From the NCBI GenBank assembly GCA_039802605.1, contig JBDRWW010000001.1, positions 192,001 through 256,000 on the forward strand: a stretch of 64,000 nucleotides of DNA, read 5' to 3'. Shown here one piece after another: positions 28,768-38,657 of the stretch (the first letter of the stretch is position 1; each line of letters opens with the position of its first letter). Below the pieces are notes generated by a model that saw only the letters and a program-made list of their open reading frames with translations, made no database searches and was not told the origin of the DNA. The DNA comes from a candidate division WOR-3 bacterium (lineage in GTDB: Bacteria; Hydrothermota; Hydrothermia; LBFQ01). Both the position numbers and the translations under genes were made by a program.

Positions 28768-31176
28768 CTATCTAATTACCCCAAACCATTTTTCAACCTT
28801 CTTATTATTTACGACTACCCTTAGAACATAAATATCCGGGGGCAAATCCGGCAAGGGGATTTCAACGGTATTTAACTTTTGGGTGGTAATCTCTTTGCCT
28901 AGAACCCTTGCCGCCCTTATGTTAAACACCTCTATTTTTACCTTAACATTTCCACCAGTTCCGTCATCGCCTATGAATATTTTAATTTTCCCGCTACCCT
29001 TAACGGGGTTGGGTATTACAAGAACATTCTTTGGATCCAGTAATGGGGGTTTGTTTAAAACTTTAAAGTTTGTTGAAGCCTTGGAAGAGGTTGTATAATC
29101 GTTATATGCCTCTACGGATACGGAATGTACTCCTGGACTCAGGTTGTCGGTTTTAACATAAACATAATCATAAGGAGATCCATCCAAATAAAACATACCT
29201 CCCCTTATCACGAATGCGGACGAGACTTGTGCTAGAACCAATACGCTATCCCCTATATAAGCGCTATCGGGTATAGTCCTTATAAAATCTATAAAAGCAT
29301 TTTCTCTCTTTTGTGTGATAAAGTAAAATGAATCCCTTCCGGCCCAATTTCCGACTACATCCTTTAAAGAATCAACTATAACCCAAACGGTGTCGCCGTA
29401 CGGTAGGGGATTTTTGGGGGATATCGTGATAATCTTTTGGGAGACCCAATTCTTGTTATATCCCGTAGAATCCAAAACGGTAGTATTGTACCTTATCCTT
29501 ATGGAATTTGGGTAAAATTCAACCGTATTCATGGGCTCGTTAAAGGTAATTTGAATATATGTAGCCGTTGAAACACCGGTTTGACCGTTTGCCGGATATG
29601 TATAAACTATATAAGGGCCCACGGTATCGTATATTTGCAGATAAAAGGAATCCCTTGAAGTGTTTCCGTAGAAGTCCGACGCATAAGCAAACATTTTATA
29701 AGTACCCTGTGGTAAATTTTCGGAGCTTATATGCACACATATGGTATCGGGGTTGGAGTAAGAACTTGAACCGTCGCAAGGCCTCAATGTAGCCCTTCTG
29801 TTATTGGCGCTATCCGTTATCCAAGCATCCAAAATGCCCGGTATAGCGGGGAAATCTCGAACGAAAACCCTTAAGGTATCGGTATAGGGTTGGTATATAA
29901 CAAGGGTATCAACATCCGTTGTATCGGAATCTATTAGGACCTTTACAATTGGCGGGGTTATATCCCCCAATGAGGAATAATATATTGCCGAATCCGGGTT
30001 TGATATTCCTACACCCCAAAGGTTTTTAATAAAAGTACCCACTTTTATTTTCACGGTATCACCGGCGTTGTAAGCGGTAATAAACATGTTTCTGTGCAAT
30101 GGGTTAAAGGTATCGGGAACTATTTTGAATCTTAAATTTCTGGGTAGGTTATTCACCCAAAACATAGTATCCCTGATACTTCTGGGGTCTATGGGTTGGT
30201 TAAAAATAACCACAATGCCCGCATTTGGAGGAACATCTGAACCGCTTGGGGGATTGAAGGATATTATAGAAGGTGGAGATCCGGGAGGTGGAACATAAAC
30301 ATCTTTGTATTTAAGCCCAACTTCGGAGGTATCTATGATGAATGTGCTATCCCCTGATAAGTCATAAACATAAAACCTATAAGCCGTTTTTATATCCCTG
30401 CTTTTAATTCCGAAGTTTCGAATAACCACCCACCTTACACTATCAATCCCGTCTATACTATCAATCCGTATGTTATAAGCCGTATCAACCCATCCGGTTG
30501 TTAGTTTTAATCTAAAAGCAATAGGGGTTAAAGTAGTCATTGTATCAGCCCTTATATCCAATACCCGTGAGTTTGTTTGTATAAATTTAATTGAATCGTT
30601 TCGCCCATCGTCATCAATGTCATCATTAAACATAACATAATTCATAATAGGCTTGTATATGCAGGTATCCAAAACGGGCCAACTATCGCTTGATGATAAA
30701 CCCTCCTTTACAAACCTCACACCATCAAAGGAATAAGGAACATTCTCTAATAAATCAACAATTCCATATACCATAGATGTATCAAGGATAACACCACGCA
30801 AGTGATTTGCCAAGGTATCCGGGCTTAGGGTATCTCCGATTATGGTGCTATCAACGAATTTCCATCGTAGGATATAACCAAATTTGTAGGTTTCCGGTAT
30901 CAAATAATTACACACCCCAAATGAAGATATAGTCGTAGAATACACCGAATACACACTATCCTTTATATAACCGGAACCCATTTTTCTACCGCTTATTCTA
31001 TAAACCCAATAATTTCCCGTTCCAACGCCTATGTATCCCAAGTCCCCCGAGCCCATTGGAGAGCCCGAAGGCCGTTTTATGGTTTTTATGCCCATATATT
31101 CGTGTTTAAGGTGGTCAAATATACTATCCAATTTTGCCAGATTTCCCAATATCCAAAAGGGTAAAAGCATATTCAT
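28768..31176 (-). CDS. Large secreted Ig-like (Big_5-type) repeat protein with T9SS type-A-like C-terminal domain
   Basis: PPSIISFNP...FNQPID and PYIVYTYPANG...FNEPM Ig-like repeats; CTD IPNPV...VFNI...DIYVLRV. Confidence 0.75.
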   Translation of the reverse strand: MNMLLPFWILGNLAKLDSIFDHLKHEYMGIKTIKRPSGSPMGSGDLGYIGVGTGNYWVYRISGRKMGSGYIKDSVYSVYSTTISSFGVCNYLIPETYKFGYILRWKFVDSTIIGDTLSPDTLANHLRGVILDTSMVYGIVDLLENVPYSFDGVRFVKEGLSSSDSWPVLDTCIYKPIMNYVMFNDDIDDDGRNDSIKFIQTNSRVLDIRADTMTTLTPIAFRLKLTTGWVDTAYNIRIDSIDGIDSVRWVVIRNFGIKSRDIKTAYRFYVYDLSGDSTFIIDTSEVGLKYKDVYVPPPGSPPSIISFNPPSGSDVPPNAGIVVIFNQPIDPRSIRDTMFWVNNLPRNLRFKIVPDTFNPLHRNMFITAYNAGDTVKIKVGTFIKNLWGVGISNPDSAIYYSSLGDITPPIVKVLIDSDTTDVDTLVIYQPYTDTLRVFVRDFPAIPGILDAWITDSANNRRATLRPCDGSSSYSNPDTICVHISSENLPQGTYKMFAYASDFYGNTSRDSFYLQIYDTVGPYIVYTYPANGQTGVSTATYIQITFNEPMNTVEFYPNSIRIRYNTTVLDSTGYNKNWVSQKIITISPKNPLPYGDTVWVIVDSLKDVVGNWAGRDSFYFITQKRENAFIDFIRTIPDSAYIGDSVLVLAQVSSAFVIRGGMFYLDGSPYDYVYVKTDNLSPGVHSVSVEAYNDYTTSSKASTNFKVLNKPPLLDPKNVLVIPNPVKGSGKIKIFIGDDGTGGNVKVKIEVFNIRAARVLGKEITTQKLNTVEIPLPDLPPDIYVLRVVVNNKKVEKWFGVIR

Positions 31177-31186
31177 ACCTTACCTC

Positions 31187-32707
31187 CTACCTTTCAACGG
31201 CGTTTTTTAACCTAAAATAAACATTCCTATATTTCTCGTTATCCGGCTGCAATTCATATGCCCGTTTTATATATGCATAGGCTTTTATTACATCACCTTT
31301 TTGATAAGCCTCCAAGGATTTTATATAAAGGGATGCGGCATCCTCCTTTATCTGCTGTATAACCCAACTCAAAAGTGAAGCGGCCTCGCTATTGGGCTCA
31401 ACGCTTAGAACATTCTCCAAATAATATTTTGCTTCCACATACCCATTCTATATATACCCTCCTTTCGGATGGGGGTAATGTTTTAATAATTTTGAGAGCC
31501 TCTGAAATCATTCCCTTGTTTAGAAGGTTTTTTATGCGATCTTTCTTCTTTTGAATAACCTCCTCGTTGGCCTTCTGTTCGACGGATGTCCTTTCTCCCG
31601 CTTTTAACTTTCTTTGAATATCTTTTATTATCCTATCAACGGAGGTATCCTCGGGGAATTCCTCTTTCATAAGGTATGCCTCCGCAAGGGCATCGGAATG
31701 GAGTTTGTTTTTTAGTAATATGTTTATTCGGTTTAGGTATGCCTCTTTTTTGTTTTTCTTAATAACTTCCCTTAGACTATCAATTTTAAGGTCTATATCC
31801 TTATCGCCAGAAAATGCCCTTGCTATTTGAAGTTTCATTAAGGCTTCTTCCGGATTTGGTGTTTGAAGGGCTTGCTTTACGAGTTCATCCGCATAAGCCC
31901 GAGAACCTTTTTCCAACTCCTGTATTTTCTTTTCCAATTCCGTAATTCTCTTCTCGTGCTTCGCCAACATTTCTCCGTACTCTTCAAATCTCCTTTCAAA
32001 AACCCTTTGCTTTTCAAAGAGGTAGGATATTAAAAGTTTATATGCTGATAGGAATAATAAAATACGAAAAAGCCCGCCTGAATACCCATACCCGCTGTAA
32101 GGTTTTTATAAGATGGAGACGCGTATATTTCAACCATTGGGAGTTTTAAGGATACAAAACCCCCGAAATCTTTATCAATATCCCCGTAAAACCTGACAGA
32201 AGCCCCCAATCCAAATATTCCAAAATACTTTTTGCCAAGGGCAAGGACTTCTGGAAGTGTAAATACCTTTCCAAATCCGCCCTCTGATGAATACCCCAAA
32301 CCGAGATTCTGAACGGAAATTAGGACATCCCAGTCCTCGGAAAGTCCCCTTACCATACCGTTTATAGTTGCCGCATACGAACTCCAATTGTGTATCCTTC
32401 CCGTTATTATTCCCGGTCCCACTCCGAATACCCAACCCTCTTTACCGAGTTTTCCGTTAAAGAATAAGGAATTCAAACCTATGAAAAAAGGCGAATACTG
32501 TCCGATAACATTTCCGTTTTCATCAACGAGTTCAATACCGTTTACATACGCGCCTTTAAGGTTTATAAGGTATCTACCGAAGGAAAAAACGGCCTCCTCC
32601 TGTCGCAAGCCGAGAAAATATTCCCTGTGGTAGAACGAGATGGCCGAAGGTATAAAAAGATTATCATACGCATTACCCAAATACCAAAAAGAAAAACCCA
32701 TAAACAT
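31187..32707 (-). pseudogene. PorV/PorQ-like beta-barrel fused to coiled-coil/TPR region, broken into three ORFs
   Basis: Barrel ORF 32030-32707 (DENG..IG.Y, VQNLG, LP motifs). A -1 frame shift continues as LISYLFEKQ...EMLAKHEK into 31398-31970; TPR fragment at 31187-31438. Confidence 0.6.
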
Positions 32708-32839
32708 ATTCCGAATATTTTAAGGTTGATGTATAATTTCATCAATGGGACTTCTACATTATTTTTAAATCGGCATTTCTGAACTTCGGGGATAGGCGAG
32801 GTTAAAGGTAAAAATTTTTACGCAAGTTCTTGCAATTTT

Positions 32840-33961
32840 TTACTCCCCTCCCCCAGGGTTTATATTAAGACTTCTAATAAAGCTTTTATAAGCAATTGGC
32901 ACATTTTCAAACTTTCCGAGGAAATAGGCCTGTAATAATCTCATAGCCAGATAATGGGGTTTTATGGGTGAGGGTTGCCCAACGGAGAACGCAACCACAC
33001 CAACTTCGGGATTTTCCACGGGTGCAAAACCTACAAACCACTCAGTTAATCCCCCAAGCTCCCTACTCGTTAATGTACCCGTCTTTCCCCCAACTTTCAC
33101 CCCCACTATTAGGTTTCCGTTGCTATCCATAAAGTACCTACTCGCCGTACCTTCTAAAACGGTTGATATGGAAATTTTCCTAAACTTCCCAACCACATCA
33201 TCCCCCAATACCCTACCCAAAATCTTAGGGGAACTTTTATAGAGCAGTGTCCCGTCTTTTGAGATTATCCTATCTATTATGTAAGGCTCAATGTCGTAGC
33301 CGGTTGATGCGATTTGTATAATCCTTGCGGCTTGAATGGGGTTTAATGTGGCGCCATCAAATCCACTACCCAAAAGGGCGAGATCATAATCGTTTTTTGG
33401 CGTTTTTATTCTACCAAATGGAATACCATCCACCGTATCGTTAAAGTATAATTTTTCGGCAAATTCATTTATTACATCAAAACCCAAACTTACGGCCAAC
33501 CTCCCAAAAAGGGCATTGTTTGATATACCAAATCCGTAATATAGGGTTGAAGGATATTCGCGATCGCATTTTAACCACCTGCGGGGATGTTTGTAGTATA
33601 TGGGGGGACAAAAGGAAAAAGTATCGTAAGGCTGGACATCATTGTAGGATAAAAAGGACAGAAGTGTAACGATTTTAAATATTGATGCCGCGGGATATAT
33701 GTTTATCTTAAACGGGTATAAGCTCTTCTCACCTTTAAAGAACCCGGAAATTGCCAGAATCTTGCCGCTTCTAAGGTCTATCAACATTAAACCCTCATAA
33801 TCCTTTGGATATGTGGATATCAATGTGTTTGCGGCCCTTTGAATGGCGGGATCAACCGTGAAATACACTTTACTCCCATCGGACATGGTATATACATATT
33901 CCCCGTTTTCAAGTTTTGCATTTTGGAACATCCAAAGGGCCAAAGATAAATTTGGAACCAT
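32840..33961 (-). CDS. Penicillin-binding transpeptidase-domain protein
   Basis: SxxK (SIFK), SxN (SNN), KTG and WFVGFAP motifs. Confidence 0.88.
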   Translation of the reverse strand: MVPNLSLALWMFQNAKLENGEYVYTMSDGSKVYFTVDPAIQRAANTLISTYPKDYEGLMLIDLRSGKILAISGFFKGEKSLYPFKINIYPAASIFKIVTLLSFLSYNDVQPYDTFSFCPPIYYKHPRRWLKCDREYPSTLYYGFGISNNALFGRLAVSLGFDVINEFAEKLYFNDTVDGIPFGRIKTPKNDYDLALLGSGFDGATLNPIQAARIIQIASTGYDIEPYIIDRIISKDGTLLYKSSPKILGRVLGDDVVGKFRKISISTVLEGTASRYFMDSNGNLIVGVKVGGKTGTLTSRELGGLTEWFVGFAPVENPEVGVVAFSVGQPSPIKPHYLAMRLLQAYFLGKFENVPIAYKSFIRSLNINPGGGE

Positions 33962-34009
33962 GTTAAGAATTATATCGGGGAATAACTTTTGGCACGGGAT
34001 GCCCTAACC

Positions 34010-34681
34010 TTACCAATTCCAAACTATGTTAAACAACCTGTTAAACCTTATCCTTTTGTAATTCCAATCAAAGGAGAAATAAATTATTAGGGGTTTGCCC
34101 CGTAAATATTTTAAAGGTAGGGGACCCCAAAACCTCGAATCCCAAGAATAATCCCTATTATCCCCCATAACGAATACGGTACCCTTTGGAACAACAACCG
34201 GACCAAAATTATCCCTAACCCATATAACATTTGAAAAATACCCTTTTTCCCAATATTTTTGAAACTCTTCATCGTCAAAACTTTCCTCGGGTTCATACAC
34301 CGTGGTATCTTTATGGACGGCATAGGGTTCAAACATCGGCCTTCCGTTTACATAAACCCGTTTGTTTATTATTTCAACCGTATCGCCCTCCAATGCTATA
34401 ACCCTTTTAACATAATCCTTACTTTCATTAAAAAACTTGAAAACGACTATTTCCCCCCTCTTAGGTTTAACATTTTCGGGAATTTTCACATCGGTGAACG
34501 GTATTACAAACCCATAGACGGGCTTAAAAACAAAAAGGAAATCCCCTATTAACAGGGTGTTTTCCATTGAAGAAGAAGGTATAACATACGCCTGAATTAA
34601 AAAAGCCCTTATCAAGAGGACCACAAAAATTATAAAAACCCACTCCTTAACCTGTTCGTATAGGGTTTTTTTATTTTTCAT
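34010..34681 (-). CDS. lepB: Signal peptidase I
   Basis: SSSMENTL, YVKRVI and GDNRDYSWDSRFWG motifs. Confidence 0.95.
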   Translation of the reverse strand: MKNKKTLYEQVKEWVFIIFVVLLIRAFLIQAYVIPSSSMENTLLIGDFLFVFKPVYGFVIPFTDVKIPENVKPKRGEIVVFKFFNESKDYVKRVIALEGDTVEIINKRVYVNGRPMFEPYAVHKDTTVYEPEESFDDEEFQKYWEKGYFSNVIWVRDNFGPVVVPKGTVFVMGDNRDYSWDSRFWGPLPLKYLRGKPLIIYFSFDWNYKRIRFNRLFNIVWNW

Positions 34682-35247
34682 TTGCGGGAAACTACAACAT
34701 GCTGATATTCGTAAACGTCAAACTCCTTGGGACCTTTAAAGCCTACCAGATTTAAAACGCTTAAAAGTTCGGAAATATCTTTTCTCTCCTCCAAAGGGGG
34801 ACCGAAATCCGTCGGTATGGGCTTCCAATCTATTACCAAGAATTCGCCGTTTTCCTTTAATATCCTTTTAACCTCGTTGAAGATTTTTACGGGGTCCTCC
34901 AATTCGTGAAAAACATGCGCCATTATTACCACATCGGCCATATCGTCCTCCAATGGAAGTTTATTTTCCTCGGATTTTAAAATACGGATATTTTTTAAAT
35001 TCAAACGATCAACCTTTTCCTTCAAAATCCTTAGCATCTCGTCTTGGATGTCAAGGCAATAAACCAAACTTTTGGGAAATCTTTGGGCCAAGGGTATAGA
35101 AAAATAGCCAGTACCGGCACCGATATCAACTATAACCCCTTTATTACTAAAATCAATCAAATCAAAAATCCTTTCCGGGGGTTGGATTGACCTTCTCCCT
35201 TCGCCGTCCAACCTATCCGCAAATTCGGGATTGAATTTATGAGGCAT
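34678..35247 (-). CDS. Class I SAM-dependent methyltransferase
   Basis: DIGAGTG, VFHE and IDW...GPP motifs. Confidence 0.88.
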   Translation of the reverse strand: MPHKFNPEFADRLDGEGRRSIQPPERIFDLIDFSNKGVIVDIGAGTGYFSIPLAQRFPKSLVYCLDIQDEMLRILKEKVDRLNLKNIRILKSEENKLPLEDDMADVVIMAHVFHELEDPVKIFNEVKRILKENGEFLVIDWKPIPTDFGPPLEERKDISELLSVLNLVGFKGPKEFDVYEYQHVVVSRK

Positions 35248-35584
35248 TAAGTTCCCGTATTCTTCTATCCAAACTTTCGGCCGTTATTTTATCGTTGTTT
35301 TTGTATTCAAGCGTTAAGGCCTTTAAAATCCTTCTTTTTTCGCTTGACTTCATATTTAGTATCGTAGGACCTATAACCTCACCCCAAGCCTTAACGAGAT
35401 CAACAAGCCTCCAAGATTTTACATGTGTGGGGTATTTTAGGAGCATTTTGTGGGCCAATTCCTTTGCCTCATCCATCCTGGCGTTCATAAGGAAATCCAC
35501 AATTTTTTGAAAAGCCTTGTCAAGCTTTGCGTTTATTTTTGTCCTTTGTTGCTTTTTAATCTGATACTGCTTCCACCTGCTCAT
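35237..35584 (-). CDS. Hypothetical basic protein downstream of rpsG
   Basis: 115-aa ORF with a purine-rich RBS; stop overlaps the next gene. Confidence 0.65.
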   Translation of the reverse strand: MSRWKQYQIKKQQRTKINAKLDKAFQKIVDFLMNARMDEAKELAHKMLLKYPTHVKSWRLVDLVKAWGEVIGPTILNMKSSEKRRILKALTLEYKNNDKITAESLDRRIRELNAS

Positions 35585-35594
35585 ACTCTACCCC

Positions 35595-36062
35595 CTACCA
35601 CCTGAAATGGGCGAATACCCTGTTTGCCTCGGCCATCTTATGGACATTTTCCTTGGTTTTGACCGCATTACCCGTCCCCTTGTACGCGTCAATTATTTCG
35701 GCGGCGAGTTTTTCGTACATCCTCCTACCCGGCCTTTTGCGGGCGGCATCTATAATCCATTTGATTGCCAGGGAAGTTTGTCTCTTGGGTCTTACTTCCA
35801 CGGGTATCTGGTAGTTTGCACCGCCTATACGACGGGATCTAACTTCCATTGAGGGTTTGACATTTTCTATGGCTTTCTGGAATACATCAAGGGGATTTTC
35901 ACCCGTTCTCTCACCCACTATTTCCATAGCCTTGTAGAATATCTTCTGGGCAACGGTCTTTTTACCATCCCACATAAGGTTATTAATAAACCTCGCAACC
36001 AACTCACTGTTATATATGGGATCCGGTTCAACCTTTCTTTCAGGAGCCCTTCTCCTCCTCAT
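35595..36062 (-). CDS. rpsG: 30S ribosomal protein S7
   Basis: [15 protein letters not shown] and [13 protein letters not shown] motifs. Confidence 0.99.
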   Translation of the reverse strand: MRRRRAPERKVEPDPIYNSELVARFINNLMWDGKKTVAQKIFYKAMEIVGERTGENPLDVFQKAIENVKPSMEVRSRRIGGANYQIPVEVRPKRQTSLAIKWIIDAARKRPGRRMYEKLAAEIIDAYKGTGNAVKTKENVHKMAEANRVFAHFRW

Positions 36063-36073
36063 ATTCTACCCCC

Positions 36074-36448
36074 TTATTCCTTTGGCCTTTTTGTTCCGTA
36101 CTTTGACCTTGAATTACGCCTATTCGCCACCCCCGCGGCATCATAAGCACCCCTAACTATATGATACTTAACGCCCGGCAAATCCTTAACCCTACCACCT
36201 CTAACCAATACCACGGAGTGTTCCTGTAAGTTGTGCCCTTCGCCCGGTATATATGCTATAACCTCTTTACCATTTGAAAGTCTAACCTTTGCCACCTTTC
36301 TCAAAGCGGAGTTGGGTTTCTTGGGTGTTGTGGTATAAACCCTTATACATGTTCCCCTTTTCTGCGGGCAACCATCCAAAGCCGGCGACTTTGACTTGCG
36401 CTTTTTCGGTTTTCTGCCGTACCTTACCAATTGATTAATGGTTGGCAT
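36074..36448 (-). CDS. rpsL: 30S ribosomal protein S12
   Basis: [19 protein letters not shown] and RVKDLPGV motifs. Confidence 0.99.
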   Translation of the reverse strand: MPTINQLVRYGRKPKKRKSKSPALDGCPQKRGTCIRVYTTTPKKPNSALRKVAKVRLSNGKEVIAYIPGEGHNLQEHSVVLVRGGRVKDLPGVKYHIVRGAYDAAGVANRRNSRSKYGTKRPKE

Positions 36449-36490
36449 AAGTGGGTATTATATTGCCGTTTTATTTGTTTGTGAATGCTT

Positions 36491-37360
36491 TTAAAATACC
36501 CTACCGATACTTGAATTTATGGGTAATCCCAATTCCCTCACCGCCTTTAAAACCTTCCTTTCATCAACCGAAACCTCTGCCCCCATTTCCCTAAGGGCAA
36601 AAACCACATCTTCCGTTGCAATATTTCCGCTAGCCCCTGGGGCATAAGGACACCCCCCCAATCCCCCCGCCGAGGAGTCAAACCTGTATATCCCGAAATC
36701 TCTATAAGAGCATACGACATTTGCTATTCCCATTCCATAAGTAGCGTGAAAGTGTAAGACTACCTTGTCCAAATCCACATCCTTTAAAATCAATTCCAAT
36801 AGTTCGGAAACATCCTTGGGAGATGCCCTCCCTATGGTATCACCCAAAGAAACCTCATCAACTCCCAATTCTAAGAGTCTTAGGGCGATCTCCCTAACTT
36901 TATACGGGGAAACCTTTCCCTCATATGGACACCAAAACGATGTGGATACATATCCCCTAACCTTTAACCCTTCCGCTTTTGCATTCTTTACAACCGGTGT
37001 AAGAATTTTAAAGGAACCTTCTATATCCGTATTTATGTTTTTCCTGTTAAAGGTATCGGATGCAGCGGTTAAAACCGCTATTTTATCGGGCTTAACCTTT
37101 AATGCCCTTTCCAAACCCTTTTCGTTTGGAACGATTGCCGAGTAAATTACACCCTCCTTCCTGTTTATTTTTTGAAATACGTCTTCGGCATCCGCAAGTT
37201 GTGGTACCCATTTGGGATGCACAAAAGAACTAACCTCTATCTCATCAACCCCCGTTTCGGAAAGTAAATTTATGAATTTTACCTTTTTATCCGTTTCAAT
37301 CAATTCCTTTATGTTTTGCAAACCATCCCTAGGAGCAACTTCGGTAATGTATATTTTCAT
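36491..37360 (-). CDS. Hydroxymethylglutaryl-CoA lyase
   Basis: PRDGLQN, SLGDTIG and GGLGGCPYAPGASGN motifs. Confidence 0.92.
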   Translation of the reverse strand: MKIYITEVAPRDGLQNIKELIETDKKVKFINLLSETGVDEIEVSSFVHPKWVPQLADAEDVFQKINRKEGVIYSAIVPNEKGLERALKVKPDKIAVLTAASDTFNRKNINTDIEGSFKILTPVVKNAKAEGLKVRGYVSTSFWCPYEGKVSPYKVREIALRLLELGVDEVSLGDTIGRASPKDVSELLELILKDVDLDKVVLHFHATYGMGIANVVCSYRDFGIYRFDSSAGGLGGCPYAPGASGNIATEDVVFALREMGAEVSVDERKVLKAVRELGLPINSSIGRVF

Positions 37361-38586
37361 TGCTCACCCCCAACAAAATACCTGGTTAAAAATATCCCAA
37401 AAGTCATTATTATAACGCTAACCAGTATAACCCCGAAGGCATAAGAGAGCAAAAGGTTTGCGTACTGGGGTAATACCGATCCCACATTAAAGGCCACTAT
37501 GGCCGTTACCAAACCCCTTGGCATCATAAAGAACAGGGTTAAGACTTCTCTATTCCGCTTAATATCCTTGTCAATGAGGTATACCAAAAAAGTCACAAAC
37601 GCCCTTATTATTATAATTATCAGGGAAAAGCCAAAAATGGCCGATAATACATTCCAATCAAGCAAATAGTCAAGTTTTACCACCATACCCAAAATTAGAA
37701 AGAAAAATGTGCTGAATACGAATGACAGTTCCACACTAACCTGCCTCGTGAATTCGTCTATGGAAAAGTTTAGGATTCTTACCCTCTCTTCATCTATGCG
37801 CAAAAAGGGTAAAACCCTTGCCACAACCTTCTCCGTATTTGATATAACCATACCCAATACCAGGGCCGCCAATGGTCCGTTTGCATGGATGAACTCAACA
37901 AACCAATATGTCCCGAATAAAACGGCAAGGGTTAAGATATAATATATCTCGTTTTTAACCAAAAACTTTATGGCTTGCAACCAAACCAAACCCACAAATA
38001 TACCTATAAGCGTGGAATTTACTATGGAATTAAAGAAGTAAGAGGGGATGTTGAAATCGCCCTCCCCTTTTATCATTCCCAAAATTACGCTAACACCTAC
38101 AATTATATAAATTTCCGCAAGGACGGCTTCCATTTTTGCCACCGTTTTTACCTCTTCGGACACCTTTAACTTTGATATTATTGGGATAACAATAGCCCCG
38201 CTTATACCACCGAGCATTATACCTATTATTGCCCCTATGTAGGGGTCTCCTCCGAATAAAATCCAAAAAATGGCTAAGGATATTGCCGTAAGCAAAAATA
38301 TTAATGTCCCGAATAAAAACGCTATTCCGAGTTTCTTTACGAGTGAATATATATCAAGTGCCAAACCGCCTTCAAAAAGTATAATGGCAAAGGCCATAGT
38401 TCCGAAGTAAGGTGCAAATATTAAAATCATTTCTGAGTCAAAAAGGTGGAAGATGTTGGTTAATATAAATCCTACGGTAAGGAGTGATAGGGTTGGGGGT
38501 ATGCTAAACCTTTTAAAAATTATGTCGGATATAAATCCCAAGATTATTATTCCCGATATCAGACCCAAAAAGTTGTACGGGGACAT
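37357..38586 (-). CDS. Cation:proton antiporter (CPA1/NhaP-like)
   Basis: ILFEGGL, FFFLILG and MPRGL motifs; about 12 TM helices. Confidence 0.85.
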   Translation of the reverse strand: MSPYNFLGLISGIIILGFISDIIFKRFSIPPTLSLLTVGFILTNIFHLFDSEMILIFAPYFGTMAFAIILFEGGLALDIYSLVKKLGIAFLFGTLIFLLTAISLAIFWILFGGDPYIGAIIGIMLGGISGAIVIPIISKLKVSEEVKTVAKMEAVLAEIYIIVGVSVILGMIKGEGDFNIPSYFFNSIVNSTLIGIFVGLVWLQAIKFLVKNEIYYILTLAVLFGTYWFVEFIHANGPLAALVLGMVISNTEKVVARVLPFLRIDEERVRILNFSIDEFTRQVSVELSFVFSTFFFLILGMVVKLDYLLDWNVLSAIFGFSLIIIIIRAFVTFLVYLIDKDIKRNREVLTLFFMMPRGLVTAIVAFNVGSVLPQYANLLLSYAFGVILVSVIIMTFGIFLTRYFVGGEQ

Positions 38587-38616
38587 TGCGGAGATTATAA
38601 ACTTGCCAGGTTTTTA

Positions 38617-38651
38617 TAAAAAAGTGGGGGCGGCACCGCATACCGCCCCCA
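38617..38651 (-). terminator. Rho-independent terminator after cbaA
   Basis: TGGGGGCGG/CCGCCCCCA hairpin followed by a T-run on the minus strand. Confidence 0.8.
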
Positions 38652-38657
38652 TAAGTG

